Shown here: positions 47,126 to 57,924 of the stretch, one piece after another
Layout of the letters: every line of letters begins with the position of its first letter
Numbering within the stretch: the first letter of the stretch is position 1
NCBI GenBank assembly: GCA_965262725.1
Contig: OZ253555.1
Location: forward strand, 3,488,001 to 3,552,000
Length of the DNA stretch: 64,000 nucleotides
Reading direction: 5' to 3'
Source of the DNA: Dehalococcoidia bacterium
Lineage (GTDB): Bacteria > Chloroflexota > Dehalococcoidia > UBA2979
Notes under the pieces: model-generated
Databases searched by the model: none
What the model saw: only the letters and a program-made list of their open reading frames with translations
What the model was told of the DNA's origin: nothing
Made by a program: the position numbers and the translations under genes

Positions 47126-48409
47126 GTGCAGCCGGGGGACGACCCCGGCCGCCTGGAGATCCGGCTGATTCCGGCCGGCGTCGCCGTCCTCGTCGCGGTC
47201 GCCGCGATCATCATTGGATTCGCCACCGGATTCTGGCTGCTCTTCCGCGTCGCCTATGTGGTGGCGATCGCGTTGCCGCTGCTCTACCTGTGGAGCCGCT
47301 CGATGGGCGAATCCCTCGACGTCGAGGTCGCCCGGCGCACGCACCGCGTGTCGCGGGGGCAGCCCCTGACCGGCCACCTCACGCTGAGGTCGCTGACGTT
47401 CTGGCCGAAGGTCTGGCTCGAGGTCGAGGACCCCTGCTCGATTCCCGGTCACGTCGTGCGGCGCGTGCTGACCCTCGGTCCGCGCGAGATGAAGACGTGG
47501 CGGTACTCGACGCCGACGCGTCGCCGCGGCGTCTATGAGCTCGGGCCCGTCTCCGTCACCGCCGTCGACCCGCTCGGCCTCTTCCGGCTCACCCGCCGCT
47601 TCGGGCGGCGGGATGCCGTGATCGTCTACCCGAGCGCCCCGGAGCTCCCCAACTTCTACATTCCCCCCGCCAACCTCCCGGGGGAGGGCCGCTTCCGCCA
47701 GCGCACGCACAACGTGACCCCGACCGTCGCGGGCGTACGCGCCTACGCTCCCGGCGACTCCTACAACCGCATCCACTGGCCGGCGACCGCACGCACGGGC
47801 GAGCTCATGGTGAAGCAGTTCGAGCTCGATCCGAGCTCCGACATCTGGATCGTGCTCGACCTCGATGAGGCGGTGCACGTCGGGGAGGGCGACGACTCCT
47901 CCGAGGAGATCGCTGTCTCCATCTGCGCCTCGATCGCGCGCTACTTCATCGGCGCGAACCGCTCGGTCGGCTTCGTCTCCTTCGGTGAGGCGCTCAACGT
48001 GCAGGAGCCGGATCGCGGCCAGAATCACTACACCCGCATCCTCGAGTCGCTGGCGCTCGCGCGCGCGATCGGCGACGCCCCGCTCTCCGCGCTGCTGCTG
48101 GAGGAGGCGCGGCGCTTCGGGCGGCACACCACCGTGGTCGTCGTGACGCCCTCGACGGACCAATCGTGGGCGCTCACGCTGATGACCCTCGCCGCCCGCG
48201 GCGTCCCCGTCGCCGCCGTTCTGATCGAGGCGGAGACCTTCGCCCCCGCCGGTGGCGAGCCGGTCCGGAGCTCCCTCGACGTCTACGGGACGCTCGCGGC
48301 GGGCGGCATCCACACCTACACGGTCAAGAGGAGCGACGACCTCGTGCGCGCGCTCTCCGCCGGCGGTGAGGCCGGCGCGCAGACGCGCCCCGCCGGCGGC
48401 CGGCCGTGA
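47126..48409 (+). CDS. DUF58-domain protein
   Basis: RRGVY, DPLGLF, VRAYAPGDSYNRIHWPATAR, VKQFE. Confidence 0.88.
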   Translation: MQPGDDPGRLEIRLIPAGVAVLVAVAAIIIGFATGFWLLFRVAYVVAIALPLLYLWSRSMGESLDVEVARRTHRVSRGQPLTGHLTLRSLTFWPKVWLEVEDPCSIPGHVVRRVLTLGPREMKTWRYSTPTRRRGVYELGPVSVTAVDPLGLFRLTRRFGRRDAVIVYPSAPELPNFYIPPANLPGEGRFRQRTHNVTPTVAGVRAYAPGDSYNRIHWPATARTGELMVKQFELDPSSDIWIVLDLDEAVHVGEGDDSSEEIAVSICASIARYFIGANRSVGFVSFGEALNVQEPDRGQNHYTRILESLALARAIGDAPLSALLLEEARRFGRHTTVVVVTPSTDQSWALTLMTLAARGVPVAAVLIEAETFAPAGGEPVRSSLDVYGTLAAGGIHTYTVKRSDDLVRALSAGGEAGAQTRPAGGRP

Positions 48410-50790
48410 CCGTCTCCTTCGAACACCTCTTCCGCGGCCCGACGCCCGGGTTCGGGCAAGAGCCGGCCGCCAGCGAGCCGGGCAGGCTCGATTTCCTGCG
48501 CTCACGCGAGGAGTGGATCACGCTCGCGCTCCTGGTGATCGCGCTCGCCGCGGTCGTCTCCTCGGTGGAGGACGCCAACTGGGTGGGGGAGATGCCCTCG
48601 CTCGCGATGGTCGGCTTCGGCGGGCTGGCGGCGGGGTGGGTCGCCTCGCAGCTGCCGACGCGCGCCGCCTGGGGCGTGCCCGCAGCCCTCGCCTGGGGCA
48701 CGCTCTTCGTGACCGCGCTACTCCTGCACACGCTGCGGCTCTCCGACCCCGAGGGACCCACCGGCCTCATCATCCGCTGGAGCGAGATGAAGCTCCGCAT
48801 CGCCCGCTGGGTCGAGGTGCTGATAGACGGCGGCATCTCCAACGACTCGCTCCCGTTCGTCGCCATGCTGGTGGCCCTGGTGTGGCTCATCGCCTTTCTC
48901 GCCGCCTGGGCCACCGTGCGCTGGCAGAACGCCTGGATCGCGCTGCTGCCGCTCGGCGTGCTGCTTCTCACCAACATCGCCTACCTCCCCGGGCAACCCG
49001 CCCTCCCCTTCACCATCTTCCTCTTCGCCGGCGTCCTGCTGATCACGCGGCTGCACGTGGTGCGAGCTGTCACGGGCTGGGGCACGAACGACACGGTTCG
49101 ACCCGACGCGCTGCCGATGGAGGTGCTGCGCGTCTCCAGCCTGGCCGCCGTCGTGCTGCTGGTCGCCGTGTGGATCGTCCCGACCGCGAACAACATCGGG
49201 CCGCTCGCCGATCGCTGGGCGGCGCTGATCGCGCCCGTCACCGATCGCGCCGAGCAGATGGGCCGCCTCTTCGTCGGCGTCGGATCGCGCCCGGACACGC
49301 TGCATCATCGCTACGGCGACGTGCTGCCACTGAAGGGGCGCGCGCGCCTCGCTCCGGAGCCGCTGCTCGAGGTGGAGGCGCCCGGCGAGGGCCTCCTGCG
49401 CGCCCTCGCCTACGACACGTACGCCGGCCAGGGGTGGCAGATCTCCAGGACCAACGAGCTGCCGCTCGCCGGAGCCGCGGATCCGCTCGCAGAGAGCGGC
49501 ATCGCCCGCACGCGGCGCGAGCTGCGGGTTCCGGTCAGCATCGAGGTGACGCTCCTGGAGCGCGTCGGCGACCGCGTGCTCTTCGCTGCGGGGGATCCGC
49601 TCTCGGCCGACCTCGAAGCGAACCGGCGCGTCGGGCCCAGCCCGATCGACGCCGTCTCGCTGCTGCCGGAGCGCCGGCTGGGTTCCGACGACAGCTACAC
49701 CACCGTCGGCACGGTCTCCGCCGCCGAGCTCGAGCGCCTCATCGCCTCGGGGACCGACTACCCCGCCTGGGTCACCGACCGCTACCTGCAGCTCCCCGAC
49801 GACCTCCCCGCCGCCGTCCGCGTCTACGCCTCCACCTTCGTCTCCCCGGGAACGCAGCCCTACGTGGCGGCGCGGCTGGTGGAGCAGCACCTGCGGACCT
49901 TCCCGGTCGACCTGCGCGTCCCGGCCCCGCCGCCGCTCCGCGACGCCACCGCCTACTTGCTCTTCGACGCGCAGCGCGGGTATTTCGATCACCACGCCTC
50001 CGCGATGGTGGTGCTCTTGCGCACGCTCGGCATCCCCTCCCGCATCGCCGTCGGCTTCGTGATCGACGACGCTCAGCTCGACGAGGAGACAAAGCGATAC
50101 ACGATCAGCGAGCGCGAGAGCTGGGCGTGGCCCGAGGTCTACTTCGCGGGCCTCGGCTGGCTCGAGTTCAACCCGACGCCCTCCCGGGCGCTCATCCCCC
50201 GTCCCGGTGACGACGCGGGCCTGCTGCAGGCCTTCGGCCTGACCGAGGTCGACGGCACCATCTTCAATGAGATCCCCTTCGACGAGGACGCGGACTTCGA
50301 GGCCCTGCTCGCCAGCCTGGGCATCGATCTCGGCGAGGAGGGTCCCGCCGACGTCGACTTCGGAAACGAGAGCGGCGCCCGCGCGGTAGCGCGCATCGCC
50401 GGCTGGATGCTCGCCCTCGCGACGGCGGGCCTCGCGCTCATCCTCGGCGGGCGCTGGCTGTGGGAGCGCCCGTACCGGGGCCTCCCCTCCTCGACGCGGC
50501 GCTGGGGCAAGCTCTCGCGCCTCGCGGCCTGGACCGGCGCCGAGACGGCGCCGACGCGCACGCCGCGCGAGACAGCCTCCGAGTGGCGCGAGGTGCTGTG
50601 GCCGCGACCGGTCGATGCCGCTCCGCTCGCGGCCGCCTTCGCCCGCGAGCGCTACGGGCGGCCCGGCTACACCGAGCGGCCCGACGACGCGGAGGAGCTG
50701 GACTTGCTCTACGTGCAGCTCCGCAACCGCTTCTTCCGCCGCCTGCTCGGACGCTGGCGTCCGCGGCCGAGGCGCTCCCAGGCGCGCTAG
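48406..50790 (+). CDS. multi-TM transglutaminase-like (TgpA-type) protein with degenerate catalytic triad
   Basis: N-terminal TMs; GYFDHHASAMVVLLRTLGIPSRIAVGF, SWAWPEVYF, GWLEFNPTP; C-terminal TM and ERYG. Confidence 0.85.
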   Translation: MTVSFEHLFRGPTPGFGQEPAASEPGRLDFLRSREEWITLALLVIALAAVVSSVEDANWVGEMPSLAMVGFGGLAAGWVASQLPTRAAWGVPAALAWGTLFVTALLLHTLRLSDPEGPTGLIIRWSEMKLRIARWVEVLIDGGISNDSLPFVAMLVALVWLIAFLAAWATVRWQNAWIALLPLGVLLLTNIAYLPGQPALPFTIFLFAGVLLITRLHVVRAVTGWGTNDTVRPDALPMEVLRVSSLAAVVLLVAVWIVPTANNIGPLADRWAALIAPVTDRAEQMGRLFVGVGSRPDTLHHRYGDVLPLKGRARLAPEPLLEVEAPGEGLLRALAYDTYAGQGWQISRTNELPLAGAADPLAESGIARTRRELRVPVSIEVTLLERVGDRVLFAAGDPLSADLEANRRVGPSPIDAVSLLPERRLGSDDSYTTVGTVSAAELERLIASGTDYPAWVTDRYLQLPDDLPAAVRVYASTFVSPGTQPYVAARLVEQHLRTFPVDLRVPAPPPLRDATAYLLFDAQRGYFDHHASAMVVLLRTLGIPSRIAVGFVIDDAQLDEETKRYTISERESWAWPEVYFAGLGWLEFNPTPSRALIPRPGDDAGLLQAFGLTEVDGTIFNEIPFDEDADFEALLASLGIDLGEEGPADVDFGNESGARAVARIAGWMLALATAGLALILGGRWLWERPYRGLPSSTRRWGKLSRLAAWTGAETAPTRTPRETASEWREVLWPRPVDAAPLAAAFARERYGRPGYTERPDDAEELDLLYVQLRNRFFRRLLGRWRPRPRRSQAR

Positions 50791-50945
50791 CGCCGGGCGT
50801 ACCTCCTGGCTTCGCCCGCGAGGTGTTCCCCTCCCCCCGGGGGAGAGGCGGCCCCTCACCGCCTCTCCCCGTGGCCACTTCCCTGCGGTTACCCGGGAGC
50901 GGCCGTGCGTCCTCAGGCTCCGCGCGCGATGACGCAGGCCTGCTC

Positions 50946-51280
50946 TCATGACGCGACTCGCTCCGGCTCTCCCGGCGAAGCGTGCCGTCCCACGTGATGG
51001 TCCGCACGGTGCGCACCACGAGCCCGTCGTGCCCCGGCTCGACGATCCGCGCCTCGCCCGGCTTCAGGCCGGGATCGACGACGACACGCGTGAGCGCCGG
51101 CTCGCGGACGAGCTCATCCACCACCACGTCGACGGTGAGGTCCGGGGGCCGGTCGGCCCCGACCATCGCGCGCACGCGATCGGCCTCGATGTCAACGCTG
51201 AGCACGACCGCGTACGGAAACGGGTTGGAGAAGCGCAGATCGCGGTAGCCGTGCTCGATGGTGCAGTCGCGCCCGAGTTC
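50946..51280 (-). pseudogene. VanW/G5-domain protein fragment
   Basis: GRDCTIEHGYRDLRFSNP...VVDPGLKPGEARIVEPGHDGLVVRTVR; no N-terminus. Confidence 0.55.
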
Positions 51281-51296
51281 GCTCCGCGGCGCCGGC

Positions 51297-53165
51297 TCAG
51301 CGAGGGGGCAGGGCGCCTCCCGGCTCCCGCGCCGCGCCGAGATCGACGAGTGCGTTGAGCTGGTGGACCAGGTCGAGGATGCGAAGCGCCTCCTCGAGCG
51401 CCATCTCTCCCGACGCAAGCTCGGCTAGCGCCGCCTCCAGCGCCGCGCGCGCCTCTTCCGCGCTGAGCGCGGCCCCCCCGGGCCCCGGTTGTGCCCCGGC
51501 AACGCCGGCCGGCGCCGCGCTTCCCCCGGGCACCGGGCTGACACCGGGCTGCGCCGTCGCGCTCCCGCCCGGCCCGGGGGTCCCGGGCGCGTTCCCTGGC
51601 GACCCCGGCGTCGCATCCGGGGGCGGCGGCCCTGCGGCTCCGCCTGGAACGCCCGGCGCCGGGCCGGGCTGCCCGCCCCCCCCCTCCGTCCCGGCCGCCG
51701 GCGTCGGCTCCGGCGCAGCCGCCGCCCCCAGCGCGCGCAGCACGATCTCAAGGTTCGCGCGCGCGTCGTCGTCGTCCGGATCGCGGAGCAGCGCCGTCAC
51801 GAAGGCATCGCGAGCCGCCTCGAGCCGGAGGGCGCGCGCGGCGTGGGTCCCCCGCGCGTACGCAGCGACCGCGGCGAGCTCGGGGTCCTCCGTCTCGTCC
51901 GCGGCCCGCGCCGCCGCCTCCATCGCCTCCTCGTAGCGCTCGAGACGGCCGAGCGCGTTGCCGCGATCGTAGGCGAGGATCGCGAGATCCTCCGCCGTCG
52001 GCGCCGCCTGAGCTGCGGCCTCGTAGCGAAGAAGCGCCTCCTCGTAGCGATCCGCCTGATACGCGTCGTTGCCGGCGCGCGTCTCGCGGTACGCCTCGCT
52101 CCCTCCGCAGGAGGCGACGAGTGCCGCGCCGAGGGCCAGGAGCACGGACGCCGACAACGCCGAGAGCAATCGCGGCCGCCCGCGTCCCCCGCGACCCCTC
52201 CCGCCCTCGGCTACCAGCTCGCGCGCCCCCAGGAGCGCGAGCGCGATGGCGGCTCCCCACTGAAAGCGCTCGATGGGGGCGCGCTCCCGGTCCTCGGCCA
52301 AGCGCGTTTGCGCGAGCCGCCGGAAGGCCACCGCCAGCCCCGGGATCGAGGAGAGCGAGCGCAGCTCGCCGCCGGTGCCCCTCGCAGCATCGGCGAGCAG
52401 CGCCGTGTCCGGCACGCTGACCTCGGACCCGCCCTCGCGACGTTCGGCGCCCGGCAGCGCTCCGCCGCCGGGTGCGCCCGCCACCGCCGTGTAGATGCGG
52501 ACGCCGCGCGCAACCGCCGTCTCCCGGGCGAAGTCGACGAAGCGGTTCCCGGCGGGATCCTCGCCGTCGGAGATGAGCACGATCGCCTGCGTGCGCGCCG
52601 CGTCGTCCACGTTGAGCGCGTCGAGCGCGCGCTGCAGGGCGACGCCGACGTTACTGCCCGGCCGCATCAGCGCCGCCTCCGACTGCGCGCGCTCCACGAG
52701 CTGTGCCAGCACCTCGAGGTCCCGCGTGAGGGGCGAGCGCACCAGGGCGCTGCCGGCGAAGGTCACGAGCGCGGCACGGTCGCCGACGAGACCGCCAAGC
52801 AGCCCCGTGAGCGCACCAGCCGCCGCGTGCGCCCGGCTCGGATCGACGTCCGTCGCCGTCATAGACCGCGAGACGTCGAGGACGAGTGCCACGTCGATGC
52901 CCCGCTGCTCGACGCTCCGCTGCTCCTCGCCCCACTGCGGGCGGGCGGCGGCGAGCAACGCCGCCGCGATAGCGGCGACCAGCAGCACGCCGCGCAACCG
53001 TCGCCGGGCGCTGGAGCGGCCCCGGCGCAGCGCCGCCGGGCCGCCGACCTCGCGGTCCGCGGCCGCGCGGCGACGCTCGGCGTAGCGGAGCGCCCCCCAC
53101 ACCACGGGCACCAGGGCGAGGGCGAGCAGGAGCGCCGGCGCGCCGAAGGCGACGGGGCCGATCAC
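51297..53165 (-). CDS. VWA + TPR protein (BatB/BatC-like fusion)
   Basis: ARPQWG, LDVSRSM, SPLTRD, ISDGED, TPRs (YDRGNAL, DARANLE). Confidence 0.85.
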   Translation of the reverse strand: MIGPVAFGAPALLLALALVPVVWGALRYAERRRAAADREVGGPAALRRGRSSARRRLRGVLLVAAIAAALLAAARPQWGEEQRSVEQRGIDVALVLDVSRSMTATDVDPSRAHAAAGALTGLLGGLVGDRAALVTFAGSALVRSPLTRDLEVLAQLVERAQSEAALMRPGSNVGVALQRALDALNVDDAARTQAIVLISDGEDPAGNRFVDFARETAVARGVRIYTAVAGAPGGGALPGAERREGGSEVSVPDTALLADAARGTGGELRSLSSIPGLAVAFRRLAQTRLAEDRERAPIERFQWGAAIALALLGARELVAEGGRGRGGRGRPRLLSALSASVLLALGAALVASCGGSEAYRETRAGNDAYQADRYEEALLRYEAAAQAAPTAEDLAILAYDRGNALGRLERYEEAMEAAARAADETEDPELAAVAAYARGTHAARALRLEAARDAFVTALLRDPDDDDARANLEIVLRALGAAAAPEPTPAAGTEGGGGQPGPAPGVPGGAAGPPPPDATPGSPGNAPGTPGPGGSATAQPGVSPVPGGSAAPAGVAGAQPGPGGAALSAEEARAALEAALAELASGEMALEEALRILDLVHQLNALVDLGAAREPGGALPPR

Positions 53166-54118
53166 GGCTGTCTCCTGAGCCAGCTCGCGGCCAGGACGGC
53201 GTCGAGGGCGAGCAGGAGGGCGGCGGCGCCCGCGAGCCACGGCCCGAACTCGCGGAACGACTCGAAGCGCCGCTCCCCCACGCGGCTGCGCTCCAGCCGG
53301 CCAATCGACTCGTAGGCGGCCGCGAGCTCCGCCTGCGTCCTGGCGTCGTAGTAGGAGGCATCCGTCAGCTCGGCGATCCGGCGCAGCGTCGCCTCATCGA
53401 CCGCCGACGTGCCGTCGCGCGAGAGGAACGCGACCGTGTAGACGCGCACGCCGAGCGCCGCCGCCATCTGCGCCGCCTCGACCGGCGTCACCTCCCCGGC
53501 GTTGTTCTGCCCGTCGGTGAGCAGCACGACGACGCGGCTGCGCGCCGGCGACTCGCGGAGGAGGCCCGCCGCCTCGGCGAGGCCGAGTCCGATCGCCGTC
53601 CCGTCCTCGATCAGCCCCGGCCCCGAGGCGCGCACGCGGCTTGCCATCGCGTCGAGATCGTCGGTGAGGGGAGAGAGCACCAGCGCTCGCGACTGGAAGA
53701 TCACCATCCCCACGCGGTCGCCCTCGAGCGTGCCGAAGAACTCCTCGAGCACCGCGCGCGCCGCCTCGAGGCGGGTCGGTCCGGGGCGCGCCGTCACGTT
53801 GCCCATCGACGTCGAGACATCGAGGGCGACAACGATGTCGATCCCCTCCTCGGGGATCGACACGGTCGCGAGCCCCTGCTGCGGCCGCGCCAGAGCGATG
53901 ACGATCAGAGCCGCCGCGAGAAGGCGCAGCATCCGGCCGACCCACAGCAGGCGAAGCCTCACGCTGCGGCGTCCTGAACCGGCACTCCGCCACGGTCCGA
54001 GATCCGCCACGGCGAGCGCGGGGCGCCCGGGCGCACGCAGCGCGCGCCAGAGCGCGAGTGCCGCTACCGCCGGGAGCCCCAGCAGCAGGATGGGGGCGGC
54101 GAAGGAGAGTTCGCTCAT
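53162..54118 (-). CDS. BatA-like VWA protein
   Basis: LARPQ, LDVSTSM, GTAIGLGL, LLTDGQNNAG. Confidence 0.9.
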   Translation of the reverse strand: MSELSFAAPILLLGLPAVAALALWRALRAPGRPALAVADLGPWRSAGSGRRSVRLRLLWVGRMLRLLAAALIVIALARPQQGLATVSIPEEGIDIVVALDVSTSMGNVTARPGPTRLEAARAVLEEFFGTLEGDRVGMVIFQSRALVLSPLTDDLDAMASRVRASGPGLIEDGTAIGLGLAEAAGLLRESPARSRVVVLLTDGQNNAGEVTPVEAAQMAAALGVRVYTVAFLSRDGTSAVDEATLRRIAELTDASYYDARTQAELAAAYESIGRLERSRVGERRFESFREFGPWLAGAAALLLALDAVLAASWLRRQP

Positions 54119-55158
54119 CCCGCCGTTCCCTTACCCGCCGGCGCCTCGCCGTCTCCCTCTTCGGCTGAGGCGGCCTCTGCCCGCGCGCGGCCGAGCTCGA
54201 CGATCTCGTAGGCGAGCGTGAGGTCGTGGTCGGCTGACTCGCGATCGGGGTGGCGGCGCGCGTAAACGGCGCGATCGCAGCGCTCCAGCAACCCGACGAC
54301 GAGGCGCGCCTGCCAGCGATCGATCCCCTCACCGACCATCCGCCCCTCGAGTTCGTTCGTCGTAAGGGCGGTGGCTCGGAAGCCGCCCCGCGCCTCCAGG
54401 TACTCGCGCACGACCGAGGCGATCTCGCTGTAGTAGCGCACGGCCCCCTCGCCGGCGTCCGGTGCGCCGCGGCTCGCGAGCGCGTCGAGGCGCGCCCGGG
54501 CCCCCTCCTCGAGCGGCCACCCCGCTTCCCCGCGCCGCGCGCGCGCGCTCGACCGGCGCCGGCGGCGCACCATCGAGCGCAGCAGCCACCACGCGAGCGC
54601 CAGCAGGAGCAGTGCCCCGACGGCGACGAGCGCGCGGGCGATCACCTCGGCGCGCTGCCAGGGGAGGGGCGCGCCCCCGACGTCCCGCTGAGGCGGGAGC
54701 GGCCTCAGCGCCTCGTCGTCCGGGGCAGTCGTCGCCCCGATCGTGAGCGCCGGCAGGGCGACGGGGAGCTCGATCCGGCTCCCGTCGTCCCGCAGCGCCC
54801 GCACGACGGTCTCGCCGAGCTCGACGCGCCCGAGAGCGAAGGCGGCGATGGTGTAGACGTGCTCGCTCACCAGCCGGCCATCCGGCGTCTCGCCCTCCGA
54901 CACCGTCGCGCCCTCGACGAGGTGCACGGCGAGCGCCGCGTCCACCCGGCCCACGGCGACGACCTGGTCGTTGCCGTGCTCGACCCGAACCACGAGGCGG
55001 ACCGGCTCCCCGAGCACCGCCGTGACGGGGTTGAGGGTGACCCGGACCTCGATCGCACCCGGCGGCGCCTCTTGGCCGCGCGCCGGCGCGGCGGCGAGGA
55101 GGAGCGCGAGGCATGCGACGACCGCCGCGGAGCCGGCCACCCCTGGCCCCGGGCTCAC
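54115..55158 (-). CDS. Bat-operon membrane protein (BatD/DUF4381-like)
   Basis: Signal peptide, beta-rich domain, TM, YYSEIASVVREYLE...ALTTNE; overlaps both neighbours. Confidence 0.7.
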   Translation of the reverse strand: MSPGPGVAGSAAVVACLALLLAAAPARGQEAPPGAIEVRVTLNPVTAVLGEPVRLVVRVEHGNDQVVAVGRVDAALAVHLVEGATVSEGETPDGRLVSEHVYTIAAFALGRVELGETVVRALRDDGSRIELPVALPALTIGATTAPDDEALRPLPPQRDVGGAPLPWQRAEVIARALVAVGALLLLALAWWLLRSMVRRRRRSSARARRGEAGWPLEEGARARLDALASRGAPDAGEGAVRYYSEIASVVREYLEARGGFRATALTTNELEGRMVGEGIDRWQARLVVGLLERCDRAVYARRHPDRESADHDLTLAYEIVELGRARAEAASAEEGDGEAPAGKGTAG

Positions 55159-56111
55159 CGCGCCATCGCCCGGCGCCGGAAGTACGCGACCAGCGGGGCG
55201 ACGACGCCCTCCCCCACGCGCAGCTCGATCTCGTCGACGCCGGCCGAGGCGAGAGCGCGCCGCCTGGCGGCCGCGCGCTCTGAGGCCGCCTGCTCGTAGC
55301 GACGCCGGACGCGCGCATCGTCGGTGTCGAGCACCAGCCGTTCGCCGCGCTCGACGTCCTCGACCTCGACAATCCCCAGCCGCGGAAGAGCGAGATCGAA
55401 CGCGTCGACCAGCGTCACGGCGATCACCTCGTGGCGCCGGGAGAGGGCGGCGAGCGCGCGCTCGTAGCCAACCGCGAGAAAGTCCGAAACCAGCACCACC
55501 ACCGATCTGCGCGACAGCACACGCGAGAGATGCTCGCAAGCCACGGCGAGGTCGGTGCCCGCCCCCCTCCCAGCGTGGTGCACGACCTCGCGCACGATGC
55601 GCAGCACGTGCCGGCTCCCCTTCGCCGGCGCCACGAACCGCTCCACGCGATCGGTAAAGGTCATCAGGCCGGCCCGGTCGTTGTTGAAGAGCGCGGCGAA
55701 GCTCATGAGCGCCACCACCTCCGCCGCCGTTCCCAGGCGACCGGCATCGGGGAACGCGGCGTACTGCGAGGCCGAGAGATCCACCGCGCAGAGAACCGCG
55801 AGCTCGCGCTCCTCGACGTACTCCTTCACCCAGGGCTCCCCCAGGCGGGCGGTGACGTTCCAGTCGATAAAGCGCACGTCGTCGCCGGGGATGTACTCCC
55901 GGACCTCGGCGAACTCCATCCCCGTTCCGCGGAACACCGAGCGATAGTCGCCGGCGACGAACTGGGTGGCGAGGCGGCGCGCTCTCAGGGCGATGCGCCG
56001 GATCGCGGCGACCTCCTCGGCGTCGAGTGCCGCCTCCGCGCTGGCGCGCGCGGTGGCCCGCCCGCCGGCACCGGCCGCGCCGGCGCGCGACCGCGTCGGG
56101 AGGGGCGGCAC
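55155..56111 (-). CDS. DUF58-domain protein
   Basis: GDYRSVFRGTGMEFAEVREYIPGDDVRFIDWNVTAR, VDLSAS, VSDF. Confidence 0.9.
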   Translation of the reverse strand: MPPLPTRSRAGAAGAGGRATARASAEAALDAEEVAAIRRIALRARRLATQFVAGDYRSVFRGTGMEFAEVREYIPGDDVRFIDWNVTARLGEPWVKEYVEERELAVLCAVDLSASQYAAFPDAGRLGTAAEVVALMSFAALFNNDRAGLMTFTDRVERFVAPAKGSRHVLRIVREVVHHAGRGAGTDLAVACEHLSRVLSRRSVVVLVSDFLAVGYERALAALSRRHEVIAVTLVDAFDLALPRLGIVEVEDVERGERLVLDTDDARVRRRYEQAASERAAARRRALASAGVDEIELRVGEGVVAPLVAYFRRRAMAR

Positions 56112-56113
56112 GG

Positions 56114-57124
56114 TCAGGGGATCCCGACGCCGTCGAGCAGCCGCTCCACGACCGCCGCCGCCGTCACCGACTGCGCCTCGGCCTCGTAGGAGAGGACGAG
56201 TCGGTGTCTCAGCACGTCGCTCGCCATCTCCTTGATGTCATCCGGAAGCACGTAGTCGCGGCCCCGGATGAAGGCGTAGGCCTGCGCAGACCGCGCCACG
56301 AAGACGCCGGCCCGCGGCGACGCCCCGTACTCCACCAGCGGCGAGAGCTCCCCCAGGCGGTAGCGCGCCGGAGTGCGCGTCGCCTCCATCAACCGCACGA
56401 CATACTCTCGCAGACGCTCGTCCACCTGGACCCGCGCCGTCGCCCGCCTGAGGGCAGCGATCTGGTCCGGGCCGACCACGGCGCGCACGTCGGGCTCTTC
56501 CCCGGCGAGAGCGCGATCGAGGATCTCGCGCTCCTCCTCCCGCTCCGGGTAGTCGACGTGAATCTCGAGCATGAAGCGATCGAGCTGCGCCTCGGGAAGC
56601 GGGTAGGTCCCTTCGTGCTCGATCGGGTTCTGGGTCGCGAAGACGATGAAGGGGTCCGGCAGCGCGAGCGTCTCACCCCCGATAGAGACCTGGCGTTCCT
56701 GCATCGCCTCAAGCAGCGCCGACTGCACCTTCGCCGGAGCACGGTTGATCTCGTCGGCGAGCACGACGTTCGCGAAGATCGGACCACGGCGGATGTGGAA
56801 CTCGGCGTCGCGCGGCTGGAAGACGAGCGTCCCCGTGAGATCGGCCGGCAGCAGATCGGGGGTGAACTGCACGCGAGAGAAGGAGAGACTGAGCGTCCGG
56901 GCCAGTGTCGAGACGGAGAGCGTCTTCGCGAGGCCCGGCACGCCTTCGACCAGCGCGTGGTTCGCCGTCAGCAGTGCCACGAGCAGTCGGTCGACGAGCC
57001 TCTCCTGGCCGACGATGACCCGGCCCACCTCGGCGCGCACGTCGGCGATCACCGCGTGCAGCGTCGCCCTATCGGCAACGCCGGAGTCGCCCGCGACCCT
57101 GCTCTCGGCTCGCTGTTCGGTCAT
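56114..57124 (-). CDS. moxR: MoxR-family AAA+ ATPase (Bat operon)
   Basis: [42 protein letters not shown]. Confidence 0.93.
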   Translation of the reverse strand: MTEQRAESRVAGDSGVADRATLHAVIADVRAEVGRVIVGQERLVDRLLVALLTANHALVEGVPGLAKTLSVSTLARTLSLSFSRVQFTPDLLPADLTGTLVFQPRDAEFHIRRGPIFANVVLADEINRAPAKVQSALLEAMQERQVSIGGETLALPDPFIVFATQNPIEHEGTYPLPEAQLDRFMLEIHVDYPEREEEREILDRALAGEEPDVRAVVGPDQIAALRRATARVQVDERLREYVVRLMEATRTPARYRLGELSPLVEYGASPRAGVFVARSAQAYAFIRGRDYVLPDDIKEMASDVLRHRLVLSYEAEAQSVTAAAVVERLLDGVGIP

Positions 57125-57230
57125 CTCGCCTCATGTCGCCTCGGGGGGCGACGCACGTCCGGGGCCACGGCGCGACGTGGGAAGTGTAGCGCCCGCCCGC
57201 GTTCGATGAGGAGGCGGCGGCGCGGCTAGC

Positions 57231-57630
57231 TGTAGTTCCCACGGGTTACTGCAGGTGCGGGCCCCGCCTGCTGCTGTGTGTGTAGCAAGCATCGGCAGCA
57301 GGGGAGGAGCCTCTCGTGACGCATCGAAACGCGCGTCCAACCCCGGTCACCGGCCAGAGATGCTCCGGGAGGTGGGGGCCGGCGGTCCCAGGCGCCGGTC
57401 GCCCGCCGCTTCCGCGTCTCCCGCCGAACGGTCCAGGAGTGGGTGCGCCGCCTCCGAGAGGCAGGAGCGGACGGGATCAAGAACCGCACCTCCGCCCCGC
57501 ACTCGAACCCGCGGCGCACCGCAGACGAGCTGGAGCAGCGCATTTGCCCCGTGCGCAGCAGCGACGGCTTCGGTCCGCACCGCGTCTACCGGGAGAGCGG
57601 ACACGGCTCCCGTCCGCCGCGCCGCACTCG
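57231..57630 (+). pseudogene. IS481-family remnant
   Basis: TGT-type end at 57231; MTHRNA start and frameshifted VSRRTVQEWVRRLREAGADGIKNRTSAPHSNPRRT; no integrase core. Confidence 0.6.
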
Positions 57631-57924
57631 CCCCGTCGGCTGCGCCTGCTACGCCGAGCGCCCCGTGTCCACCTGGACGGTGACGACCTCGAGCTCGTGG
57701 TACCTGCGGTGCTGCACGGATGATGCGCAGTGGCGCAGCAGCCGGAACGAGAGCTCACGGTCGTCCTCGATCTGCCTCTGATCGCCTAGATACGCGAGCC
57801 GGCCCTCCACGTTCTCATCCATGCCTGCCGAGGTTGCGACGAACTCGGCGCGGAGGACGGGAGTCCTCGCGCGGCTAGCTGCCTCCTCGAGGACGCCGAG
57901 CGACAACCTTCATGGGAGCCACAG

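Noticed and set aside
57649-57906. Small ORF between the IS481 remnant and dnaE
   Set aside because: No recognisable motif or RBS; probably decayed sequence.
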